Below, piece after piece: positions 56,762 to 64,000 of a DNA stretch of 64,000 bases. The notes below the pieces were generated by a model. It searched no databases. It was not told the origin of the DNA and saw only the letters and a list, made by a program, of their open reading frames with translations. The position numbers and the translations under genes are program-made. Positions within the stretch are counted from its first letter, which is position 1, and each line of letters begins with the position of its first letter. Source of the stretch: Escherichia phage dw-ec; sequence record OL739525.1; one strand, 5' to 3'.

Positions 56762-58572
56762 AGATGTTTCTCCCTTTGCAAAACTTCCTGCATTTTACCT
56801 TTGTTGTAAGGCCGTGAATTAGGGGCAGAAAGATACCCTGATACACGTCTAACTACAGAAATAGTTTCTTCTTCATGGTTGCCACAATCAGGACACTCAA
56901 ACCCTTTAGCCGTTGCCTTAAATTCTCCATGAAAACCACACTTAAAGCATTGATCCACGGGCTGATTAATACCAAAATAGTGAATATGTTCATAAGCGTA
57001 GTCTACTAAAGTCTCCAAAGCTTCTAAGTTATTCTTTAAGTTTGGTGTTTCGACATAACTTATGTTACCACCATTGCTAATCTGTGCAAAACCTGCTTCA
57101 TAATCCCATTTTTCAAAAGGATTTGTTACCAACCATACAGGTTGGTGAAAAGAGTTGGTAAGATAGTCTCTTTCTACCAAACCTGGGTATTTTTCATTTA
57201 AAGCTGTTGCAAACTTATAACACAAGGATTCTGCTGGAGTTCCATAGAGACTAAACGCCAACTTAGATCGTTCTTTAAACACAGCACACACATCTTTCAT
57301 ATGTTGCAGAATGCTTTTACCAAGTTCCTTTTTATCTTTTTCTTCTGGATAAAGGATTTCCAAAGCTTCGGCAAGACCTACATAACCAATACTAATAGAA
57401 GCATAACCACCTTCAAACAAAACACCAATTTCATCATTGGCATTTAAACGCGCTAAAGCCCCTTCCATGAAAAGAATAGGGTTTTCAGATGCTTTGGTAT
57501 GTCTGATACGGTTTACACGTAACATGTGAGCATCGTAGGCTATCTCCATATGTTTATTAAGAAGATCGGTGAAAGATTCTCCTTTACTTCTCGCTTCCGC
57601 AGCGATCAGAGGTAAGTTGATAGAAACTACTCCAAGGTTGAATCGTCCATCGTATTTTTCTCCTTGTTCGGTGGCATAGTACGACAAAAAGGAACGACAA
57701 CCCATACTCGTAACAGTGCCATCTGCTGATCCCGTAACTTCTTTGTTCAAAGGAACAGAAATAAAATCTGGATAAATACGATCAGCACAACATGCCAAAG
57801 CTTGTTGCTTAAGGTCATAGTTAGGATCACTAGGTTTCATGTTAACACCTTCTTGTAAAAAGAAAATAACTTTAGGGAATACAGGTGTTACATGATCTTT
57901 GCCTAGACCGTTACTATGAACTTTAAGATAGTTAGCTGTGATCATTCTGCCAAAAACAGAGGTATCCAGACCCATACTGATTGTAATAAAAGGAGATTGT
58001 CCATTAACACTCATTAAAGTATTAACCTGATACAAGAGAGTTTGCATAGCATCATATACATCTTGTTCGGTCATTTCTAGTGCTTCTTTCCTTGCATAAC
58101 AACCGTAGCGACGTTTGGTTATCTCCATGTTTTTAAGGAAACTAGCTTCAACATAAGGACTAAGACCTTTATCAATGTGCGCACACGTCTGACCTCCATA
58201 CTGACTGGAGGCAACAGCTTGGATGATTTGAGTTAGCACTGTGGTAGCTACCCCAATAGATTTTGGTTTTTCTATCTGTGCGGCTCCGATCTTAAAGCCA
58301 TTCTCTAACATATCTTGATAATTAACAAGACAACAGTTTGTAAGAGGAGAGAGTAGATAATCTAAGTCGTGAATATGTCCAAAACCTTCTGTATGCCATT
58401 CTGACAAGTTTTTTGGCAGTATCTGTGTCATTGCCATATGTTTGCTTAAAATCCCCGCCAAGAGATCCCTATGCGTGTTAACGAGGTGGGAAGGTTTGTT
58501 TGCATTCTCTCTAGTGTATGTTTCTGAAGTGCGATCTAAAAAAGAAAAAACATCTTGGTACAAATCTTTCAT
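56758..58572 (-). CDS. nrdD: anaerobic ribonucleoside-triphosphate reductase (class III)
   Basis: 604 aa. C-terminal Cys4 zinc site (CFKCG...CPDCG) followed by the glycyl-radical motif RRVSGYL. Confidence 0.85.
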   Translation of the reverse strand: MKDLYQDVFSFLDRTSETYTRENANKPSHLVNTHRDLLAGILSKHMAMTQILPKNLSEWHTEGFGHIHDLDYLLSPLTNCCLVNYQDMLENGFKIGAAQIEKPKSIGVATTVLTQIIQAVASSQYGGQTCAHIDKGLSPYVEASFLKNMEITKRRYGCYARKEALEMTEQDVYDAMQTLLYQVNTLMSVNGQSPFITISMGLDTSVFGRMITANYLKVHSNGLGKDHVTPVFPKVIFFLQEGVNMKPSDPNYDLKQQALACCADRIYPDFISVPLNKEVTGSADGTVTSMGCRSFLSYYATEQGEKYDGRFNLGVVSINLPLIAAEARSKGESFTDLLNKHMEIAYDAHMLRVNRIRHTKASENPILFMEGALARLNANDEIGVLFEGGYASISIGYVGLAEALEILYPEEKDKKELGKSILQHMKDVCAVFKERSKLAFSLYGTPAESLCYKFATALNEKYPGLVERDYLTNSFHQPVWLVTNPFEKWDYEAGFAQISNGGNISYVETPNLKNNLEALETLVDYAYEHIHYFGINQPVDQCFKCGFHGEFKATAKGFECPDCGNHEEETISVVRRVSGYLSAPNSRPYNKGKMQEVLQREKHL

Positions 58573-58636
58573 TATTAATCCTTATTTTGTGAGTAGAACT
58601 ATTATTCTACCTCTTCCAACCGAAAAAAGCTTTGAG

Positions 58637-58667
58637 GAAAATCAAAAAAGGCGCAAAGTGCGCCTTT
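58637..58667 (-). terminator. rho-independent terminator
   Basis: AAAGGCGC-ACTTT-GCGCCTTT on the minus strand, then UUUUGAUUUU. Confidence 0.6.
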
Positions 58668-58672
58668 AAGTT

Positions 58673-60019
58673 TTATCGTTTGGAGAGGAATTGTCTTCCC
58701 ATGATCTTACCGTTCTTTACAGCGGTCCCATCGTGTCCATTATAATCCCAAGTTCCATCAATGTTACGCAAGAAGCTATCACGAACAGTGTAGGCTTTAC
58801 CGTTCTCTACTTTACTTTCTTCCACAATGATTGCCATAACAAGCTTATTTTCAATTTCGGTAGTAACCGATTCTTTAATACCCTCTGTAACTTCACGATC
58901 ATATTGGATATAAACTCGCTCCTCGGTCACTTGCACGTCTACCACATTTTTAAATGTGTATGTCTGCTGTGTAGTGTAAAGGACACGAACGACACTCTTC
59001 TTACCTACTGGCGGCTTCTGACGACGCTTGCGGTAACGTGGAGACGGGTTAAGTTGAATATAACCTACAATATCTGACCCATCTCCAGAGTGGCTCCAAT
59101 AAAACGTCTCTGCCAAACCTTTTCCTTTGTCCCCATTTCGAAAAAGGATATTAACAGGACCATCACAAGGGCGTCTACCTCCGATGTGGGCTTGGTATTT
59201 TGCTGTTCTTGGGAGAACAAAATATTCTTCAATCTGCCATTCACTGTCGTATTTCTCCCATTCGAAGTGGTTGGCTTTGCATACTTCTAAAACACCATTT
59301 TTGTAACGGACTTGAACAAAGTCCTCACAAGGTTGAATACCTGTATTAGGAATATAGGTAGGCTCTGTGTCTTCTGGTTCAAAAGTCTCTTTTTGTTGTT
59401 CTACATCTTCCACTTTTCTTACATGCTTAGTATAAAACATATCTTTAAACTCCTGTGCTTCAACCTCAACTGCAAATTCATGTTCTCTAACAGCCGGAGG
59501 CACAAGGCTTCCACACTCAAGATGTAGAGCATCCAGACCTGCCATTTTATCGTAAAAGATAACTTTTCGATACTTCTTACCGTCTTCTGGAATAGCAGGG
59601 TCTACTCGTTTAAGACGGGAAGCATCGTTTTTAGTCCAAAAACTCTTCCCTGTTGTATTATTGAAAGTAGTAATCATTTCTCCAATTTCTTCTTCAGAAA
59701 GGTTACTAGTGTCTGTGTAAACATCTTCAATTTTTAGCATTTTAGTTTTCTTAAAAATTAAATCTAGCATTGCATCTCCTGTAAAACGTAGTTCATTATC
59801 TCCTACTGTCGGCTCTCCAGAAAATTCATCAGTCCCGACTGTGTGACAGATGTATGGAAAATTTGTGCAACCGTGTAAAAGAGCATATTGTCCTGTAAGT
59901 TTAGGATCTGTCTCTTTAGTCCAACCATATGCAATCTCAATAGCTTTGCAAAGCCTATCGAACAAGCCCCGATTGTTTGCCGCTGTTACCAAATCTTGCT
60001 TATGTGCATATACATTCAT
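58673..60019 (-). CDS. hypothetical protein
   Basis: 448 aa ORF; no family recognised by eye. Confidence 0.5.
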   Translation of the reverse strand: MNVYAHKQDLVTAANNRGLFDRLCKAIEIAYGWTKETDPKLTGQYALLHGCTNFPYICHTVGTDEFSGEPTVGDNELRFTGDAMLDLIFKKTKMLKIEDVYTDTSNLSEEEIGEMITTFNNTTGKSFWTKNDASRLKRVDPAIPEDGKKYRKVIFYDKMAGLDALHLECGSLVPPAVREHEFAVEVEAQEFKDMFYTKHVRKVEDVEQQKETFEPEDTEPTYIPNTGIQPCEDFVQVRYKNGVLEVCKANHFEWEKYDSEWQIEEYFVLPRTAKYQAHIGGRRPCDGPVNILFRNGDKGKGLAETFYWSHSGDGSDIVGYIQLNPSPRYRKRRQKPPVGKKSVVRVLYTTQQTYTFKNVVDVQVTEERVYIQYDREVTEGIKESVTTEIENKLVMAIIVEESKVENGKAYTVRDSFLRNIDGTWDYNGHDGTAVKNGKIMGRQFLSKR

Positions 60020-60570
60020 AATAATCCTCCCCGTTTTATTGCAATAGATGCCCTAGGCTCTGCGATACCAGTGGCGTATAAATATGGATGACCTTGTGGA
60101 GAAGTTCTCATCCCAAACGAACCTAATTCTAACCCATACATATCTTCCACGTCAAGACCAATATCTGTCTCTATGATTTGAGTTTGAACTTTGTAATACG
60201 TCCAAAAGAAATAGCGCATAGTTTCGGCATATTCTTTGACGGACGCTCCTGGATAAAACTCAATAATTTCCAACTTTAAGAAAATGTTAAAATGAGCATC
60301 ATCCAACTCTTCTTCTGTTCGGTAGCAAGGTGTTAGAGCCATATAAGGATGATCTGTTGAAAATTCAAACCCATCTTTCTCCATCTGGAGGAAAGACTGC
60401 TCTGCACTGGCTACGTAGAACTTACCATTAGGATGCCCCAAGGGGCGATCCTCTTTACCTTCTGGTAATGTATATGCAAGGATATCCGCATCTACAAGAT
60501 AAGGGACTTCCAACATCTCCGCAAATCGCCCGTAGTAATCAATAGCTTGAGCAATAACAGCTACGTTCAT
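60016..60570 (-). CDS. hypothetical protein
   Basis: 184 aa ORF. Confidence 0.45.
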   Translation of the reverse strand: MNVAVIAQAIDYYGRFAEMLEVPYLVDADILAYTLPEGKEDRPLGHPNGKFYVASAEQSFLQMEKDGFEFSTDHPYMALTPCYRTEEELDDAHFNIFLKLEIIEFYPGASVKEYAETMRYFFWTYYKVQTQIIETDIGLDVEDMYGLELGSFGMRTSPQGHPYLYATGIAEPRASIAIKRGGLL

Positions 60571-60818
60571 GATCTTCCTCCTGTGCGGAAAGCGCGTTTA
60601 GTAATGTTGGACATAATGATTAAGTCTTGTAAAGTCATATCTGGGAACTGTTGTTCTAAAACTCCCTCAACAGCACCTATAATATCTGATAATTCAACAA
60701 GTTGCATTATTTTGCAATCCTGTTCAACAGCATCAAAAAGTTCTTCTACTTCCTCTTTAATCTTTTCTATGCTGCCATAAGGTTGTTTCTTAATGTCTGT
60801 TATGTGATACCCTGCCAT
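60567..60818 (-). CDS. small all-helical protein, possibly MazG-like NTP pyrophosphohydrolase
   Basis: 83 aa with acidic helical motifs (EKIKEEVEELFDAVEQD...). Tentative. Confidence 0.3.
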   Translation of the reverse strand: MAGYHITDIKKQPYGSIEKIKEEVEELFDAVEQDCKIMQLVELSDIIGAVEGVLEQQFPDMTLQDLIIMSNITKRAFRTGGRS

Positions 60819-62411
60819 TTAACGATCCTCTCTGATTTGATTAATCTTACGAGCAAGGGCAGCTATAAGCTTATCTTCTTCAGACACAGGAGCCGTGCTC
60901 TTACCTAAACGATGCATGTCTAAAATCTCTTGAACAGTTCGGTTCCATTGTAGACATTTAATACAACGTGTATGTGCAACATACAGAAGATTTCGTTCTG
61001 ATTCTTCAAGACCTACCCACTCACCCTTCTTATCATAATTAGAAGGAAAGTCATTTGCAACAATAACCTGATCCCATTCCAAACCTTTTGATTTGTGGGC
61101 TGTAGTTAAAGTAACTTTAGCCGTTGGAGAGTTACGGTGCATACGTAAAGTGTATGCAATATTATTAGCTTTACCAGAAACAACAATGTTTAAAAGTCGT
61201 TTTGCATCAGGATCTGATTCTGCACACTCTACAAATTCTTCCCAAGAAGTGTAAGGGAGAACTGTCTCATGCTTAACTTTGTCCAAATCACCTCTACGTA
61301 AAGCATTAACACTATCAACCATAGAAATGAAATCTTTGGTATCTACGTTAATAATAATCTCTTCTCCGTTAGCGATTCGGTCCATAGCTTCGAGCAACAG
61401 AGTCAAATTTTTACGGAAAATAATGGTGTAAGGTTTACTATAATCTACCACATCAGAATGAAAACTTCCAGTGACAGTATCATAACCTTTGCCTACCAGC
61501 GGATGCTTCAGAGGTGAGCGATCAGAAAGGATCGCATTAGCAATGTCCGCAACTTTAGGACCAAAGCGAAAACAAGCTGTCAGAGGCAACTCAACCCCAT
61601 ATGTAGCCGTTTGCTTCATCATGTTCTGGCTTCCACGGAACTGATAAATACTCTGAAATTCATCACCCACAACAACAATACGTTTAGCTGATTTAGCATT
61701 GCGAAGGATAGACAGGAATGCAGGGTTAACATCCTGGAATTCATCTCCAAAAATAATATCGTATCCTAAGTCTTCTTTGCTCAATTCAAAGAGTTTCACA
61801 TAGGTGTCATGAGTCATAATGGTTTCTGATTTAGGATCAATACGCTCACGCCAAAGTTGCTTCGCATATTTAACAACTTCGTTAATAAGTTTTTGTTCGT
61901 TGATGTTCTTACGTTTAAGATCTGACATATGCACTTTAGGAAAATGTTTATGTCCGATATGTTCATCGTCAGAAAACTCATATTTAGCTAAAGTTTGTTT
62001 TACCATTAACCCGATCATTGCACGAGTCAGTAGCACTTTACCATTCTTATCAATCAAGTTCTGAATCTTGAATTTTTTGGCAATCTCACTACCAGTTCCA
62101 GCTACGTTAACATATTGACCTTCTGGACGAGACAATTTGTGTCGAAGGTTTTGTGGAAGACGCTGGTAACAGATTGAATGTAGCGTTCGGCACATAACGT
62201 TAGGCGGCATTTTACGTCGAGCTTCCTCTGCCATACTCTTGTTAAAGGCCAAGTATAGAATACTATCATTTGTGCCATTAGCCAACATATACAGTGTTGA
62301 CGTTTTACCTGATCCAGATTTAGCTTGAATTGTAACGAAACGATTTTCTTTATACCCGCTTTCAATAGCGTATTGTTCCTCGGTAGGTGTAAAACTCAAT
62401 TGTGTAGACAC
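60819..62411 (-). CDS. UvrD/Rep/PcrA-type superfamily 1 DNA helicase
   Basis: 530 aa. Walker A AKSGSGKTS, motif II FGDEFQDVNP, motif III VVGDEFQSIYQFRGS, and a C-terminal TAHKSKGLEWDQV motif. Confidence 0.75.
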   Translation of the reverse strand: MSTQLSFTPTEEQYAIESGYKENRFVTIQAKSGSGKTSTLYMLANGTNDSILYLAFNKSMAEEARRKMPPNVMCRTLHSICYQRLPQNLRHKLSRPEGQYVNVAGTGSEIAKKFKIQNLIDKNGKVLLTRAMIGLMVKQTLAKYEFSDDEHIGHKHFPKVHMSDLKRKNINEQKLINEVVKYAKQLWRERIDPKSETIMTHDTYVKLFELSKEDLGYDIIFGDEFQDVNPAFLSILRNAKSAKRIVVVGDEFQSIYQFRGSQNMMKQTATYGVELPLTACFRFGPKVADIANAILSDRSPLKHPLVGKGYDTVTGSFHSDVVDYSKPYTIIFRKNLTLLLEAMDRIANGEEIIINVDTKDFISMVDSVNALRRGDLDKVKHETVLPYTSWEEFVECAESDPDAKRLLNIVVSGKANNIAYTLRMHRNSPTAKVTLTTAHKSKGLEWDQVIVANDFPSNYDKKGEWVGLEESERNLLYVAHTRCIKCLQWNRTVQEILDMHRLGKSTAPVSEEDKLIAALARKINQIREDR

Positions 62412-62425
62412 GTATTTCTCCTCTC

Positions 62426-62941
62426 TTAATAAAAACTCTTGACAATCCTCATCATTTCCTTAGCTCTGCTGGCATAAGGTTCTTTTAGATTAGGTGGCAA
62501 ATGTGCATTAATGTACCCCATTTGTTTTTCCCATGTCCACTTATCTTTAAATCTTGGCATGGTGTCTCCTGCTAAACTGTTTTCTTTTCGTGTTTGAATA
62601 ATCCAATTACATGGAAAATGCACACCACCTTTACGGAAGGGAATATAATGTCCCAATGTGAATGCCTTATTATTCTTTAAACGTCCAGCTAAATTAAGAT
62701 TAACAATAAGACTACGAAACACGTAGTATTGATAAAGATTGTCAACAGTATATACAGAGTAGTATGCTCTAAGTGCATTATCTCTACTAAGATTACCAAC
62801 ATCCAAACTGCACCAGTTTAAATTACTTGGATCGTAGTTGTGATTATCAATCCATTCTTCTCTTTCCTCAAATTCTGCATTAACAGCAGACTGCCCTGCT
62901 GTAGATACAAAAAGAGAATTTGCATCAAAGAACATACTCAC
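62426..62941 (-). CDS. hypothetical protein
   Basis: 171 aa ORF. Confidence 0.45.
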   Translation of the reverse strand: MSMFFDANSLFVSTAGQSAVNAEFEEREEWIDNHNYDPSNLNWCSLDVGNLSRDNALRAYYSVYTVDNLYQYYVFRSLIVNLNLAGRLKNNKAFTLGHYIPFRKGGVHFPCNWIIQTRKENSLAGDTMPRFKDKWTWEKQMGYINAHLPPNLKEPYASRAKEMMRIVKSFY

Positions 62942-62948
62942 TCCCCCT

Positions 62949-63359
62949 TTAGTTTACATCGTTTAGAGCATTACCAATCTTTAAGATAATAGCATCATTA
63001 AGAGCGTCTTCTCCATTAAGGCCAGAGAAAGCAGGAGTAACGAAAGTTACCATATAATAATGGTCTTCTTGTAGGATTGCGATAACGCCGTCTAGTTTAA
63101 CATCTCCTGTGAAACGAAAAACTTTCAACTTTTGTTCTAAAGGAAGATCTCCTTCAACATTTAAAACCATATCTCCGACACCAAACTTTTCTGCCCCGAT
63201 GTAGATGTAAGCTTGGTCCTCTTTTTTATGGTAATACAATGTTGCTTGTTTGTCTTGTAGTGTTGTGATACCAAACACATCCACATCAATAATATTTTTC
63301 AAAAATTCTCCTCCCAAATCCAATAATTGTCTACATAAGTAGGATGCCTTTTGTCCCAC
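62949..63359 (-). CDS. hypothetical protein
   Basis: 136 aa ORF. Confidence 0.45.
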   Translation of the reverse strand: MGQKASYLCRQLLDLGGEFLKNIIDVDVFGITTLQDKQATLYYHKKEDQAYIYIGAEKFGVGDMVLNVEGDLPLEQKLKVFRFTGDVKLDGVIAILQEDHYYMVTFVTPAFSGLNGEDALNDAIILKIGNALNDVN

Positions 63360-63667
63360 TCTTTTCTAGCCCAAGCTACGGCTGCTACCAATACATCTCC
63401 ATGACAAGGTTGAGGTGAGCAGAAGCAAACTAAATCTTTCCCTTCTAACTCTAATAAATCTTCAAGAGTGATCTTACCACAACGAATTTGCTCCCACAAC
63501 CACTCTTTATACCTTTGTATAGTTGATCCTCGTGGCTCATCATCTTTTAACTTAAAAGGGTTTGCAAACTTAGAGGCTTTTAGTCCCATGTGTGGCATTG
63601 CTCTACCAATATAAACAGCACCTTCTGGGATTGTTTTGCCTAAATGGTAAAAGTTTAATACCTTCAT
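63299..63667 (-). CDS. hypothetical protein, DUF4326-like
   Basis: 122 aa with CFCSPQPCHGDVL; resembles a phage-associated domain of unknown function as I recall it. Confidence 0.35.
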   Translation of the reverse strand: MKVLNFYHLGKTIPEGAVYIGRAMPHMGLKASKFANPFKLKDDEPRGSTIQRYKEWLWEQIRCGKITLEDLLELEGKDLVCFCSPQPCHGDVLVAAVAWARKEWDKRHPTYVDNYWIWEENF

Positions 63668-63668
63668 A

Positions 63669-63986
63669 TTAACCTAAACACATACGTGCGATCAGACCCT
63701 GGATGAGTTTATCTGCTTCTTCCCGATCATAGTCGGTATCTTCTATACCACCATCTTCGTCACGATAAACTTTACCTTCCAGGTACCCAGCATCGATCAA
63801 ACCAATAATCAAATCGAACTGCCAGCAAGAGTTACCGAAAGGGCGTTTTCCACTGAAACTATCTTCTTCTTCCCAAAGTGTAGAGAGTAGTCGTCTGAAA
63901 TATTCACGCACAGTAACAGTGCCAAGATCATCGTCTTCAAAAACAACATCTAAAGCATCTGGTTCAGCTTTCTCTACAACAGGCAC
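63669..63986 (-). CDS. hypothetical acidic protein, possibly 5' partial
   Basis: 105 aa from a GTG at 63986; the frame stays open to the window end at 64000. Confidence 0.35.
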   Translation of the reverse strand: MPVVEKAEPDALDVVFEDDDLGTVTVREYFRRLLSTLWEEEDSFSGKRPFGNSCWQFDLIIGLIDAGYLEGKVYRDEDGGIEDTDYDREEADKLIQGLIARMCLG

Positions 63987-64000
63987 ATAACGTTGACCAT

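Noticed and set aside
58573-58636. Possible promoter for nrdD between the upstream terminator and the nrdD start
   Set aside because: Only weak hexamers (TAGAAT without a matching -35 box at proper spacing); cannot be supported from sequence alone.
58673-60019. Assignment of the 448-aa protein as a nicotinamide phosphoribosyltransferase-type NAD salvage enzyme
   Set aside because: Size is compatible and a PRTase-fold gene lies nearby, but I could not recognise any diagnostic motif, so it is left as hypothetical.
1-64000. tRNA genes, CRISPR arrays, integrase or repressor genes, attachment sites, insertion sequences
   Set aside because: No non-coding gap longer than about 100 nt without a terminator or promoter explanation, no direct-repeat arrays, and no recombinase or repressor-like ORFs were seen. 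Absence is by eye only; a tRNA scan would be the proper check.

Overview
This window looks like a contiguous block from a virulent, contractile-tailed dsDNA phage with enterobacterial-style codon usage and Shine-Dalgarno sites. Gene content (lambda-E-type capsid, sheath/tube, many receptor-binding proteins, T7-type primase-helicase, PolA, NrdDG) resembles rV5/phi92-like myoviruses, but that assignment is inference only. Two convergent blocks meet near 32.3 kb. Positions 46-32256 on the + strand hold a late structural module: decoration and capsid proteins, neck proteins, sheath, tube, a chaperone pair with a predicted -1 frameshift, tape measure, baseplate and spike, and at least seven fibre/tailspike candidates. 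Positions 32361-64000 on the - strand hold DNA metabolism and accessory genes: SSB, family-A DNA polymerase, an NPPF adenine methyltransferase, primase-helicase, four consecutive glycosyltransferases, a SleB-like lysin, anaerobic ribonucleotide reductase NrdD/NrdG and a UvrD-like helicase. The most unusual content is a phage-borne Ter-type cluster (TerD, TerY-like vWA, TelA-like, TerC) with a PRTase, a HAD hydrolase and a macro-like protein. Also notable are a G6C17 homopolymer tract between the convergent terminators and a CCA-enzyme-like nucleotidyltransferase with an SSB-like acidic tail. No tRNA, rRNA, CRISPR array, integrase or repressor was recognised. All calls rest on reading the translated ORFs and the DNA by eye and from memory of protein families; no database search was run.
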